Shown here: piece after piece, positions 8,742 through 18,706 of the stretch
How the letters are laid out: the number at the start of each line of letters is the position of its first letter
How positions within the stretch are numbered: position 1 is the stretch's first letter
Source: a virus
Lineage: Duplodnaviria; Caudoviricetes
Length of the DNA stretch: 64,000 nucleotides
Strand: one strand, 5' to 3'
Virus record (IMG/VR): IMGVR_UViG_3300037520_001069
Coordinates: 1,967 to 65,966 of that record
Notes under the pieces: model-generated
Databases searched by the model: none
Told to the model about the DNA's origin: nothing
What the model saw: only the letters and a program-made list of their open reading frames with translations
Made by a program: the position numbers and the translations under genes

Positions 8742-10962
8742 CCTATACAGCGTACTCCCGGCGCCACAACGAAAGGGCAAATGGGAGTATGGGTACGACC
8801 CTAAGTATGACATCATCGTCATATCGAGGGACGGGACCCTTGGGTCTGTGTACGAGGTCTCCGGGATAAAGATCGGGATCCCCAAGGCGCCGGCAAAGGT
8901 GTACTCAAGAACACCCAAGAAGGAGGACCAGTATTGGGAACCATTCCAGTACCCTGAAGCACTCGCCAAGATCAAGAGTATATTCCAGTGGAATGAAAGG
9001 CCAAAGGAGTTCAAGGATTCCTGGGTTGACTACATCGAGCAGGAGTTCGATCGGAGGGAGAAAGGCTTTTGGTTCATGAACAATGGCGTTCCGACCTACT
9101 TGCCAGGCAGCTACTATATGTACCTCCAGTGGACCAAGATAGACGTCGGTCATCCAGATTACCGGGAGGCGAACAGGATCTTCTTCATGTTCTTCGAAGC
9201 CTGCGTCGCGGATCCGCGTTGCTTTGGTATGTGCTACCTGAAGATTCGCCGATCGGGATTCTCATTCATGAGTTCGTCGGTTGCCGTAAATATGGCAACC
9301 ATTTCGAAAAACGCAAGGGTTGGTATTCTGTCAAAGACCGGTACCGACGCCAAGAAGATGTTCACGGACAAGGTGGTGCCGATCTCGAGCAACTATCCGT
9401 TTTTCTTCAAGCCCATCCAGGACGGTATGGACAAGCCGAAGACTGAGTTGGCGTACCGGTTGCCGGCGTCCAAGATCACCAAGAGGAATATGCACGATGT
9501 CATGTCATCGGCAGACGGCGACGGGCTGAACACCACAATCGACTGGCGGAACACGGCCGACAACAGCTATGACGGTGAAAAGCTCCTCCTCCTGGTCCAT
9601 GACGAATCAGGCAAGTGGGAAAAACCGGAGAATATCCTAAACAGCTGGAGGGTCACTAAGACGACTCTCCGCGTCGGTAGCAGGATCGTTGGCAAGTGCA
9701 TCATGGGCTCTACGGTGAACGCCCTTTCAAAGGGCGGCGCCAACTTCAAGGAGCTTTACGAAGATTCTGACGCCAGGAAGAGGAACGCGAATGGCCAGAC
9801 AAAGAGCGGTATGTACAAGCTCTTCGTGCCCATGGAGTGGAACTTTGAGGGATACATCGATAGGTATGGGTTTCCTATTATGGAAACTTCCGAACCGGTT
9901 GTCGGCATTGACGGGTCCATGGTCTACAACGGCGCCATCACGCACTGGGAGAACGAGGTTGATTCTCTGAAGAGGGACCAGGACGCGTTGAACGAGTTTT
10001 ACCGGCAGTTCCCAAGAACGGAGTCTCATGCCTTTAGGGACGAGAGCCGGCAGTCGTTATTCAACCTGAACAAGATCTACCAACAGATCGACTACAACGA
10101 CGGCATGATCATGAGCCACACGCTCACCCGGGGCTCATTCCAGTGGGCTGGGGGCATAAGGGATTCGAAGGTGATATGGGTACCAAGCAATACCGGGCGG
10201 TTTCTCGTTAGCTGGATCCCGCCGGCAGGGCTACAGAACAACGTGATCGAGAGGAACGGGAAGAGGCATCCAGGCAACGAGCATATTGGGGCCTTCGGGT
10301 GTGACCCATACGACATCTCCGGCGTTGTTGGTGGCGGAGGATCAAACGGATCCCTCCATGGACTGACGAAGTTCAGTATGTCCGACGCTCCGTCCAATCA
10401 CTTTTTTTTGGAGTACATTGCCAGGCCTCAGACTGCGGAGATCTTCTTCGAAGACGTCCTTATGGCCTGCGTATTCTACGGTATGCCGGTACTGGCGGAG
10501 AACAACAAGGCAAGGCTCCTGTACCACTTCAAGAACAGGGGATACCGGCCGTTTTCGCTCAACAGGCCCGATAAGCCAATGAGCAAGTTATCGCAGACAG
10601 AAATCGAGATAGGCGGCATCCCCAACAACTCGGAAGACATAAAGCAAGCACACGCTTCGGCCATCGAGTCGTACATTGAGAAGTATGTTGGCTTTGACAT
10701 GGAGGGTCAATTTAGGGATCCGGAAGAGTGTGGGTCGATGTATTTTACTAAGACGCTTCAAGATTGGGCACTATTTGATATCAACAACAGGACCAAACAT
10801 GACGCGTCAATCAGCTCAGGATTAGCGATAATGGCGACTCAGAGGCACCTATATCTGCCTGAAATCAAGAAGAGCAAAATAAGCATTACCTTTGCTAGGT
10901 ATAATAACTCAGGAAGAGTAAGCGTACTACATGGAAAAAAGCCAACCGATAGTTCCCTCTAA
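8701..10962 (+). CDS. Terminase large subunit
   Basis: KIRRSGFS Walker A-like, LLVHDESGKW Walker B, GSTVN coupling motif, FGCDPYD nuclease Asp, LAENN and HDASISSG; start placed at ATG 8701. Confidence 0.88.
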   Translation: MAQKKDSQKGTPSSLYSVLPAPQRKGKWEYGYDPKYDIIVISRDGTLGSVYEVSGIKIGIPKAPAKVYSRTPKKEDQYWEPFQYPEALAKIKSIFQWNERPKEFKDSWVDYIEQEFDRREKGFWFMNNGVPTYLPGSYYMYLQWTKIDVGHPDYREANRIFFMFFEACVADPRCFGMCYLKIRRSGFSFMSSSVAVNMATISKNARVGILSKTGTDAKKMFTDKVVPISSNYPFFFKPIQDGMDKPKTELAYRLPASKITKRNMHDVMSSADGDGLNTTIDWRNTADNSYDGEKLLLLVHDESGKWEKPENILNSWRVTKTTLRVGSRIVGKCIMGSTVNALSKGGANFKELYEDSDARKRNANGQTKSGMYKLFVPMEWNFEGYIDRYGFPIMETSEPVVGIDGSMVYNGAITHWENEVDSLKRDQDALNEFYRQFPRTESHAFRDESRQSLFNLNKIYQQIDYNDGMIMSHTLTRGSFQWAGGIRDSKVIWVPSNTGRFLVSWIPPAGLQNNVIERNGKRHPGNEHIGAFGCDPYDISGVVGGGGSNGSLHGLTKFSMSDAPSNHFFLEYIARPQTAEIFFEDVLMACVFYGMPVLAENNKARLLYHFKNRGYRPFSLNRPDKPMSKLSQTEIEIGGIPNNSEDIKQAHASAIESYIEKYVGFDMEGQFRDPEECGSMYFTKTLQDWALFDINNRTKHDASISSGLAIMATQRHLYLPEIKKSKISITFARYNNSGRVSVLHGKKPTDSSL
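8898..8915. repeat. One-mismatch copy of the 18-bp palindrome inside the terminase gene
   Basis: GGTGTACTCAAGAACACC, read as VYSRTP. Confidence 0.75.
10887..10894 (+). promoter_or_regulatory. Bacteroidota -7 element upstream of the portal gene
   Basis: TACCTTTG. Confidence 0.5.
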
Positions 10963-13366
10963 GGGGTTTCCTGGTCAATTTGTCTCCGATCAAGAAAAAA
11001 GAACGGAGACTTATGGCCTAAGAATCGGACAGGCAATCCAGTACGAGTGGTTCCGGAAGGACTCCGTGGGTGGTAGATTCTACTCCCAGTGGCGCGAGTT
11101 CCATCGTTTGAGGATGTACGCGAGAGGCGAACAGTCTGTCGAGAAGTACAAGAGCGAGTTGTCTGTCAATGGCGACTTGTCCTACCTCAACCTTGACTGG
11201 ACGCCGGTACCCATACTGCCCAAATTTGTGGACATTGTGGTAAACGGTATGTCCGATCGGTTCTTCAAAGTAAAGGCATATGCCCAGGACGCCATGTCGT
11301 CCGAGATGAGGAACCGGTTCCAAGAATCCGTTGAGCTTCAGATGGCCGGGAAACCGCTGTTCCAGGCTCTAAAGAAAAAAATGGGTGTTGACGCCTTCAC
11401 CATTCCGGAAACAGACATCCCGGAAACGGACGATGAGTTGCAGCTGTATATGCAGATGAACTACAAGCCGTCCATTGAGATCGCTGAAGAACAGGCCATA
11501 TCAACCGTTTTGGAGGACAACCGTTTCCCGGACCTTCGTAAGCGAGTTGACTATGACTTGACCGTGCTTGGGATTGGTATCTGCAAGCATGAGTTCCATC
11601 CCAACGATGGCATAAGGGTTCAGTATGTTGACCCGGCTAATGTGGTGTACAGCTACACGGAGGATCCCTACTTTAGGGACTGCATCTATTGGGGAGAAGT
11701 GAAGACGGTCCCGATTAGTGAGCTTATCAAAATCCGACCGGACCTCACGAATGAGCAACTGAACGAAATAGCGAGCCGCAGCCAGCAGTGGTATGACTAC
11801 TACAATGTGGCTCAGTTTTATGACAACAGTCTTTTCCGGAACGAAACCGCTACGCTGTTGTTCTATAACTACAAGACGACCAAGACCTTTGTCTACAAAA
11901 AGAAGAAGACAGAGACCGGTGGATTCCGGGTCATAGAGAAGGACGACACATTCAATCCTCCGGCCGAAATGATGGAGGAGCAGGGCTTTGAGAGAGTAGA
12001 GAAGACGATCGAGGTTTGGTATGAGGGCATTATGGTCATGGGCACAGAGATTGTGCTAAGGTGGCAACTCATGGAGAACATGGTGAGGCCAAACTCTCCA
12101 TCTCAGAACGCCATGCCCAATTATGTGGCTTGTGCGCCAAGGATGTACAAGGGCAACATCGAGTCGCTTTTGCGCCGGATGATCCCGTTTGCGGACCTCA
12201 TCCAGCTCACGCACCTCAAGTTGCAGCAGGTTATTGCCAGGGTTGTACCGGACGGTGTGTTTTTGGATGCCGATGGTATCAATGAAGTCGACCTGGGAAC
12301 CGGTCAGTCGTACAATCCGGAGGACGCTTTGCGCCTTTACTTCCAGACAGGTAGCGTCATCGGCCGGAGCTATACGCAGGACGGTGAATTCAACAACGCC
12401 CGGGTGCCAATTCAGGAGCTAAACTCAAGCTCAGGTCAGCAGAAGATGGCGGCCTTGATTGGCAACTACAACCATTACCTTGGCATGATTCGGGCCGTAA
12501 CTGGTTTGAACGAAGCGAGAGACGGATCGATGCCAGACGACAGGACGCTTGTTGGCGTTCAAAAGCTTGCTGCCATGAACTCAAACACGGCCACCAGGCA
12601 TATCCTTGACGCATCGGTCTACATAACGAAGACGCTATCCGAGTGTCTTACCTGTAGAATCTCCGATGTCCTTGAGTATGCCCCGTTCCGGGAGGAGTTC
12701 ATCAATCAGATCGGTAGGTACAATGTGTCTATCCTGGATTCGATCCGGGACCTTTACATCTACGATTTTGGTGTCTTCATCGAGGTTTCGCCTGATGAAG
12801 AGGACAAGGCAAGGCTTGAAGCCACTATTGCTGCCGCAATTCAGAAGGGAGATATCAACTTGGAGGATGCGATCGACATCCGAGAAATAAAGAACATCAA
12901 GCTTGCCAACCAGCTGCTGAAGATGAAGCGGAAGAAGAACCTCGAGAACGCGCAGGCGAATCAGATGCAGCAGGAGCAAATGCGTATGCAGACTCAGCTT
13001 GAGTCACAGAAAATGGCGGCTGACTTGGCGATGAAGAAGATCCAAGCTCAGGCCATGGCCGACATGGAGCTCGAGAAGATGACTATGACTCTTGCCGTGG
13101 AGAAGATGAAGATAGAGGCCGAGGTTAAGGGAGGCCTTATGGACCGGGAGTTCCAGTACAATATGCAGCTCGCCCAGGCCCAGGCCGAAGCTCTTACGAA
13201 GAGGGAGGATTTCAAGGAGAAAGAGAAAGCCAAGAGGATCGGCATACAGAACACGCAGCAATCAAGATTGATCGATCAAAGAAGGAACAATCTGCCTCCA
13301 AGCTCGTTTGAGAGCGATGAGGACAGCCTAGATGGGTTCGATTTAGCAGAATTTAACCCTCGGTAA
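10931..13366 (+). CDS. Portal protein
   Basis: 811 aa after terminase; PILPKFVDIVVNG and VTGLNEARDG motifs, Gln/Met-rich coiled-coil C-terminus. Confidence 0.85.
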   Translation: MEKSQPIVPSKGFPGQFVSDQEKRTETYGLRIGQAIQYEWFRKDSVGGRFYSQWREFHRLRMYARGEQSVEKYKSELSVNGDLSYLNLDWTPVPILPKFVDIVVNGMSDRFFKVKAYAQDAMSSEMRNRFQESVELQMAGKPLFQALKKKMGVDAFTIPETDIPETDDELQLYMQMNYKPSIEIAEEQAISTVLEDNRFPDLRKRVDYDLTVLGIGICKHEFHPNDGIRVQYVDPANVVYSYTEDPYFRDCIYWGEVKTVPISELIKIRPDLTNEQLNEIASRSQQWYDYYNVAQFYDNSLFRNETATLLFYNYKTTKTFVYKKKKTETGGFRVIEKDDTFNPPAEMMEEQGFERVEKTIEVWYEGIMVMGTEIVLRWQLMENMVRPNSPSQNAMPNYVACAPRMYKGNIESLLRRMIPFADLIQLTHLKLQQVIARVVPDGVFLDADGINEVDLGTGQSYNPEDALRLYFQTGSVIGRSYTQDGEFNNARVPIQELNSSSGQQKMAALIGNYNHYLGMIRAVTGLNEARDGSMPDDRTLVGVQKLAAMNSNTATRHILDASVYITKTLSECLTCRISDVLEYAPFREEFINQIGRYNVSILDSIRDLYIYDFGVFIEVSPDEEDKARLEATIAAAIQKGDINLEDAIDIREIKNIKLANQLLKMKRKKNLENAQANQMQQEQMRMQTQLESQKMAADLAMKKIQAQAMADMELEKMTMTLAVEKMKIEAEVKGGLMDREFQYNMQLAQAQAEALTKREDFKEKEKAKRIGIQNTQQSRLIDQRRNNLPPSSFESDEDSLDGFDLAEFNPR

Positions 13367-13375
13367 AAAACCGTA

Positions 13376-13383
13376 TATATTTG
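13376..13383 (+). promoter_or_regulatory. Bacteroidota -7 element upstream of the scaffold/capsid operon
   Basis: TATATTTG 16 nt before ATG 13400. Confidence 0.6.
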
Positions 13384-13399
13384 CACTAAATTTAATCAA

Positions 13400-14476
13400 A
13401 TGGATAATATTAAAGTCAGAGTAATGACGGATGAAGAAATCAAGGCTCCATCTGTCCAAGAGAGGGAAATCCAAGCCCAAAAAGACTTGGAGAAAACTCT
13501 CGCCGGCGATGATAAGGGGAACACCCCCCCAACTCCTCCCGCTGAAAAAACGATTGAAGAGGGTGACGTTCTTTCATTTATTAGAGAGAGGTACAAAAAA
13601 CCCATCAATTCCATCGATGAATTGATTGAGCAAAAGTCTTCTCAAGAGCCTCTCCCGGAGGATGTCATGGCGATTCTCAAGTATCGCAAGGAAACCGGTA
13701 GGACTCTTGAGGATTACATTAAGCTCAACAAGGATTACGATGCCGTTGACCCTGACGAGTTGCTTCTGGAGTACACTGTTGCTACAGAAGAGTTTCTTGA
13801 CAAGGAAGACGCAAAAGACATTTTGGCGGAAAAATTTTCTTACAGCGAGCATGATGATGACGATTCGTCTATCAAGAAGAAGAAAGCCGCCAAGAAAAGA
13901 GAATTAGCTAAAGCAAAGAAATACTTCAACGATCTCAAGGAGAAATACAGGGCGCCACTCGAGTCGAGGGCAAACTCTCTAGAGGATTCAGAGGAGTACA
14001 AACAATACAAAGAGTACCTTGACAAGGCTCAAGATGAGCAGAAGCAAGCTCAACGCAGGAGCGAGTGGTTTCAAAAGAAGACAGAAGAGGTCTTCGGTCC
14101 CGAATTCAAAGGTTTTGAGTTCAACTTAGGGGACAAGAGACTCACATACTCTCCGGCCGAGGCAGCTGAGATTAAAGCGCAGAACAGCACCCCAGTGAAT
14201 TTGATAAAGAAGTTCCTGGATGCCGATGGCCTTATCTCAGACGCAGCTGGTTATCATCGGGCCTTAGCGATCGCATCGAACCCGGAAAAGTTCGCCAAGT
14301 TCTTCTACGAACAAGGAGTGGCTTCTGCCACGGACGATTTTGCCAAGAAGAGCAAAAACGTCAACATGGACGTAAGAACAGTTGGTCAGCCAGCTTCTTC
14401 GGGAGGTATGAAGGTCGCAGCGGTAACCCCACCGTCGTCAGGCAACGGGCTACGCATCAAAGCCTATAAAACCTAA
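13400..14476 (+). CDS. Putative capsid scaffolding protein
   Basis: Charged helical 358-aa protein between portal and major capsid. Confidence 0.7.
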   Translation: MDNIKVRVMTDEEIKAPSVQEREIQAQKDLEKTLAGDDKGNTPPTPPAEKTIEEGDVLSFIRERYKKPINSIDELIEQKSSQEPLPEDVMAILKYRKETGRTLEDYIKLNKDYDAVDPDELLLEYTVATEEFLDKEDAKDILAEKFSYSEHDDDDSSIKKKKAAKKRELAKAKKYFNDLKEKYRAPLESRANSLEDSEEYKQYKEYLDKAQDEQKQAQRRSEWFQKKTEEVFGPEFKGFEFNLGDKRLTYSPAEAAEIKAQNSTPVNLIKKFLDADGLISDAAGYHRALAIASNPEKFAKFFYEQGVASATDDFAKKSKNVNMDVRTVGQPASSGGMKVAAVTPPSSGNGLRIKAYKT

Positions 14477-14481
14477 AAATC

Positions 14482-15933
14482 ATGCCAGTTAACGCATCAC
14501 CATCTTTTCAGCTTCAGCCATCTGCCAACCGTCAGATCGCTACCACCAACTATATCGGAAGCACTGCTTTCGATTGGACCAACCAATACCTGCCAGACAT
14601 TTACGAGAAAGAGTTCGAGCGCTACGGTAATCGTAGTGTATCCGGCTTCCTTCGTATGGTAGGCGCGGAAATGCCTTGTGCATCCGACCTTATCCGTTGG
14701 GCAGAGCAGGGCCGCCTTCACATTAAGTACACAAACGTAACCGTTACGTTTGCGAATGGTCTTGCAACATTGACCGTTCCGGCGCAAGACACCGTTGCCG
14801 GATATCCAACCGGAACTAACGCTCAGCCATTGGCGGCTGTAAACATTGCTCTTCGCGAAGGACAAAACATTTTTTGTCAACAAGAGAATGGAACGGCCTC
14901 TTTTCACGCAAGGGTGGCCTCTGTCACCTACGCTGCCCCTAACGCCACTACCTCGGTTACTGCTGCTGCATATGAATCGTCCGGCTTGACGAACGGAACG
15001 TATACCGTTTGGGTTTACGGATCTGAATTCAAAAAAGGCGACTCAGGAATGAGTCAGTCTTTGCAGCCTTTTGACTCGTATTTTGCAAACAACCCTATTA
15101 TTCTGAAAGACCGTTACACCGTGACAGGTTCTGACATGACTCAGATTGGATGGGTAGAGGTAACCACCGAGAATGGCGCTTCCGGATACCTGTGGTACAT
15201 GAAGGCCGAGCACGAATCTCGTCTTCGCTTCGAAGACTATCTCGAGTCCTCGATGATCGAGGCAATTCCGGCAGCCGGGAACCTGACTAACGGAGCGGCC
15301 AACACTGGCTTCAAGGGCACTGAGGGCGTGTTTAGCGCCGTAACTAGCCGTGGTAACATCTTCAGCGGTGGTTTCCCAACCAGTCTTGTTGACTTTGACG
15401 CGATTGTACAGCGTCTTGATAAGCAGGGTGCCATCGAAGAAAATGCTATGTTCATAAACCGTGCTGCCTCTTTCGCCATGGATGACTTCTTGGCCGCTCA
15501 AAACTCTTACGGTACCGGTGGAACCTCCTACGGTTTGTTTGACAACAGCGAGCAAATGGCCTTGAATCTCGGCTTCCGAGGCTTCCGCCGTGGCTACGAT
15601 TTCTACAAGACCGACTGGAAATACCTGAACGACCCCACCATGCGCGGTCAAGGTACTGCCACAGGTACTGTTGGAGGCGCTGTGAACGGATTGCTTGTAC
15701 CAGCTGGTACCACCAACGTCTACGACGAAGTAATGGGCCAGAATGCCAAGCGTCCATTCTTGCACGTTCGTTATCGCGAAACAGAAGCAGAAAGCCGCAA
15801 GTTCAAGACTTGGGCTGTGGGTTCTGCCGGTGGTGCCGCGAATAGCGATGTTGACAGCATGAGCGTTCACTACTTGTCAGAGCGTTGTGTTTGTGTTCTG
15901 GGCGCAAACAACTTCTTTATCTTCCAGTCATAA
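14482..15933 (+). CDS. Major capsid protein
   Basis: 483 aa; QYLPDIYEKEFERYGNR and WAEQGRLH; typical position; followed by a strong terminator. Confidence 0.85.
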   Translation: MPVNASPSFQLQPSANRQIATTNYIGSTAFDWTNQYLPDIYEKEFERYGNRSVSGFLRMVGAEMPCASDLIRWAEQGRLHIKYTNVTVTFANGLATLTVPAQDTVAGYPTGTNAQPLAAVNIALREGQNIFCQQENGTASFHARVASVTYAAPNATTSVTAAAYESSGLTNGTYTVWVYGSEFKKGDSGMSQSLQPFDSYFANNPIILKDRYTVTGSDMTQIGWVEVTTENGASGYLWYMKAEHESRLRFEDYLESSMIEAIPAAGNLTNGAANTGFKGTEGVFSAVTSRGNIFSGGFPTSLVDFDAIVQRLDKQGAIEENAMFINRAASFAMDDFLAAQNSYGTGGTSYGLFDNSEQMALNLGFRGFRRGYDFYKTDWKYLNDPTMRGQGTATGTVGGAVNGLLVPAGTTNVYDEVMGQNAKRPFLHVRYRETEAESRKFKTWAVGSAGGAANSDVDSMSVHYLSERCVCVLGANNFFIFQS

Positions 15934-15939
15934 TCACTT

Positions 15940-15970
15940 GGGGCGCACTTCGGTGCGCCCCTTTTCTTTT
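15940..15970 (+). terminator. Intrinsic terminator after the capsid gene
   Basis: GGGGCGCAC-TTCG-GTGCGCCCC followed by a T tract. Confidence 0.9.
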
Positions 15971-15991
15971 TTTCTTTTAAATTAAAATCAA

Positions 15992-16708
15992 ATGCCAAAA
16001 GTCTACAGATTAAAAAAAGAGTCAGCCCCGCTGACGTTTATGCTTGCAAGCCGTAACACGATCGCTCGCAGGCTTTATCATTTTGACGGAACTCGCAACA
16101 GAGAACTCCGTTATGCCAGGAATCAGAAAAGCCCATACGTCGATGAACAGGACGGGAATTTTATTCTTGAGCCAATAATTTTTGAGGATGGTTTTCTCAC
16201 CGTTGAGGACACAAACCTCATCCTACAGAGATTCTTAGAGGTTCACCCGGACAATGGGGCCGTTTTCGAGGAGGTAGATAGAAAGAGAGACGCAAGCAAG
16301 GAACTTGACGTTCTTGAGGTCGAGATTGAGGCTCTCAATGTCGCTCGTAAGATGGAGATCTCTATGATGGAGAACGTCGCCCGGGTGGCTCTTGAGGTTG
16401 ATCCGACTCGCATTTCGACTGCTGAGCTTAAGCGGGACATCCTTGTTTACGCAAGGAACAATCCGGAGGAGTTCTTGTCGATCGCAAACGACCCACAGGT
16501 GGCTCACGACGGACTTGTATCGAAGATGTTCGACACGGGCATCCTGGTCACCAAGAAGACAGCGGTTCACTTCAATCTGTCTACCAACAAGTCTAAAATG
16601 CTGTCTATTCCACTTGGAGAAACGGCTCGCAGTGCCACTAGGGCTTTCTTTTTGACAGACGAAGGGGTCGAGATCATGAAGACGCTCGAAAAACACTTGC
16701 CCGATTAA
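15992..16708 (+). CDS. Conserved hypothetical protein downstream of the capsid gene
   Basis: 238 aa, RELRYARNQKSP...IIFEDGFL. Confidence 0.75.
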   Translation: MPKVYRLKKESAPLTFMLASRNTIARRLYHFDGTRNRELRYARNQKSPYVDEQDGNFILEPIIFEDGFLTVEDTNLILQRFLEVHPDNGAVFEEVDRKRDASKELDVLEVEIEALNVARKMEISMMENVARVALEVDPTRISTAELKRDILVYARNNPEEFLSIANDPQVAHDGLVSKMFDTGILVTKKTAVHFNLSTNKSKMLSIPLGETARSATRAFFLTDEGVEIMKTLEKHLPD

Positions 16709-16735
16709 TCTTGTATATTTGCCTAAAGTTTAGCT

Positions 16736-17047
16736 ATGCAAAAGTTTTTAAGAATTGCGAAATCAGTAAAAGTAAGCACCTCGCTTGCTTCAACATTGGT
16801 CAACTTAGACCTTGTTGGAGCTGTTAATTCAACAGCGAATACCGCAGTAATACTGAGGCTCAAAGGCGCGCCAACAAGCGCCCTTGATAGGGTTACTCTT
16901 TCTATAACCGCAGATACTCCGTCAAGAAATGCGATCATTAACGCTGTGTTTACGGCCTCTTTGGGGAAATCCAGCTCGGCCGTAAGCGCTTTCATTCTTG
17001 ATTCTTTGCCAACAGCGAATATCACCATCTCAACCACAATCGATTAA
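16736..17047 (+). CDS. Small structural protein, paralog 1
   Basis: MQKFLRI start; TATATTTG at 16714-16721. Confidence 0.65.
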   Translation: MQKFLRIAKSVKVSTSLASTLVNLDLVGAVNSTANTAVILRLKGAPTSALDRVTLSITADTPSRNAIINAVFTASLGKSSSAVSAFILDSLPTANITISTTID

Positions 17048-17048
17048 T

Positions 17049-18326
17049 ATGTCGAAGTTTTTAAAGTTCCCAACAGAATTCACGAATAGCAACTGGACTT
17101 GCGTTGCTTCAAACAACAACACTAGTTCGCCCATCTGGGTTGCCTTGGCTGACTCTGGTCCATTCCGAGTTGCCCGAAGCACGGACGGTGTGAACTGGAC
17201 TATTATCCAAGGCCTGACTGCTTCTGTGGTGAATAAGACATGGACTTCCGTTGCTTTTGGTAACGGTCGATTCGTTGCAGTAGCTAACTCCGGAACAAAC
17301 AGGATGATGACAAGCACCGACGGTATCACCTGGACCGAGGTTACAGCGGCTGCCGGAGGATACGTAGATGGCATCTTTACGGGCATTGCATGGAACGGAA
17401 CCGTATTCGCTGTAGTGTCGAGTGGAGTTGCGACCAATGCGGTTTATCATAGCACAACCGGGACATCCGGGTATACGGGTACTAATGCTGCTACCGCTCA
17501 GGCGTGGAATGGTATTGCATGGAATGGTGCCGGTAATACCTGGGTAATTGTCGCCTCAGACGGAACCACTACGGCTCAAATAAACCGAAACGCGAATGCG
17601 ACTCCGACTGGAACATGGGCTGCCGCAACAACTGCTGCCACCACCTCTACATGGCAGTCTGTTGTTGCTAGAGGGACTACGTTCGTTGCTGTTTCTAACT
17701 CAGGATCAAACAGGGCCTACGTTAGTACTGATAACGGAGTGACATGGACATCAAACGCCGGAATAAGCGCGAGTGTTTCATGGAAATCTTTGGCATCAAA
17801 CGGGACAAACATTGTTGCCGTTGGACAGGACGGAGCTCAGTCGGTTCGAATTGCCACAAGCGCTGACGGAACAACTTGGACCGCAGCTGCTGGAGCTACT
17901 ACCAACAACAACTCCAACATATGGAACGGAGTTGCCTCATTGGGTACGTCGAACAGTTATGTGGCCGTGTCTAGGTCTGGTGGACAACGAAGGATTTTGT
18001 TTACCTCAGACACATTTGCTACCTCTACCATCTGCAATGATTCGTATCCGCCTACTCGAATTAGCTCGCCTGCGTATCTTAATGTGGAAAGCGTAATTAG
18101 TGCCCAAGAGGGTTCTTCCGCTAGCACGACTCTTGTCTTAAACATTCTCACTCCTAGTGCCAGCTTTGACGTTGTGACTCTCACGTTTGGAGAAGACTTA
18201 ACGGGAGCAACGCATGAGGTAATTCTTGATGCAATTGTTGACGCAAATTCCGCAGTATCAAGCCCAGAGGGCGCACTTACGGTTTCATTACCAGAAAACA
18301 GAAACGTAACCTTATCTTTCGCATAA
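17049..18326 (+). CDS. Structural protein with BNR/beta-propeller-like repeats, paralog 2
   Basis: Repeated W.SVA.G...FVAV and STDG.(T/N)WT motifs. Confidence 0.75.
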   Translation: MSKFLKFPTEFTNSNWTCVASNNNTSSPIWVALADSGPFRVARSTDGVNWTIIQGLTASVVNKTWTSVAFGNGRFVAVANSGTNRMMTSTDGITWTEVTAAAGGYVDGIFTGIAWNGTVFAVVSSGVATNAVYHSTTGTSGYTGTNAATAQAWNGIAWNGAGNTWVIVASDGTTTAQINRNANATPTGTWAAATTAATTSTWQSVVARGTTFVAVSNSGSNRAYVSTDNGVTWTSNAGISASVSWKSLASNGTNIVAVGQDGAQSVRIATSADGTTWTAAAGATTNNNSNIWNGVASLGTSNSYVAVSRSGGQRRILFTSDTFATSTICNDSYPPTRISSPAYLNVESVISAQEGSSASTTLVLNILTPSASFDVVTLTFGEDLTGATHEVILDAIVDANSAVSSPEGALTVSLPENRNVTLSFA

Positions 18327-18328
18327 TC

Positions 18329-18640
18329 ATGGCAAAATATCTAAGAATTCCTGCTGCATTGCAGACTACAGCCACAAACGGCGACTTTCTTCTTGACGCT
18401 GACAATGTTATAAACATCGTCCCCAGCGGTAATACGAACGACCTATTGATCCGCCTAAACAGAGCGGCTGATTCAATTTTAACCTTGACTTTCAGCTCTA
18501 ATGATGCTGACCGTATCACCCAGGAGTTTGTGAGTAATGCTATTTGTGCCGCATCAAGGGGCGAAAAAGGAGCCACGCCGTTTGATCTTCAGCCATTGCC
18601 AGGCGGAAGGACGATCACTACGCTTGCGTTCTCTGCATAG
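18329..18640 (+). CDS. Small structural protein, paralog 3
   Basis: MAKYLRIP start; shares a domain pattern with the two preceding genes. Confidence 0.65.
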   Translation: MAKYLRIPAALQTTATNGDFLLDADNVINIVPSGNTNDLLIRLNRAADSILTLTFSSNDADRITQEFVSNAICAASRGEKGATPFDLQPLPGGRTITTLAFSA

Positions 18641-18655
18641 GTCGGCTTAACCTTT

Positions 18656-18693
18656 AAAGCCACCCGCTGAATCTCAGTTGGGTGGCTTTTTTT
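18656..18693 (+). terminator. Intrinsic terminator
   Basis: AGCCACCC...GGGTGGCT stem followed by a T tract. Confidence 0.8.
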
Positions 18694-18706
18694 ATTACCT
18701 TTGTGT

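Noticed and set aside
15043-15870. A 275-aa antisense ORF opposite the capsid gene, and the many other antisense ORFs in the track
   Set aside because: They are shadows of strongly coding + strand genes, with no recognisable motifs or expression signals.
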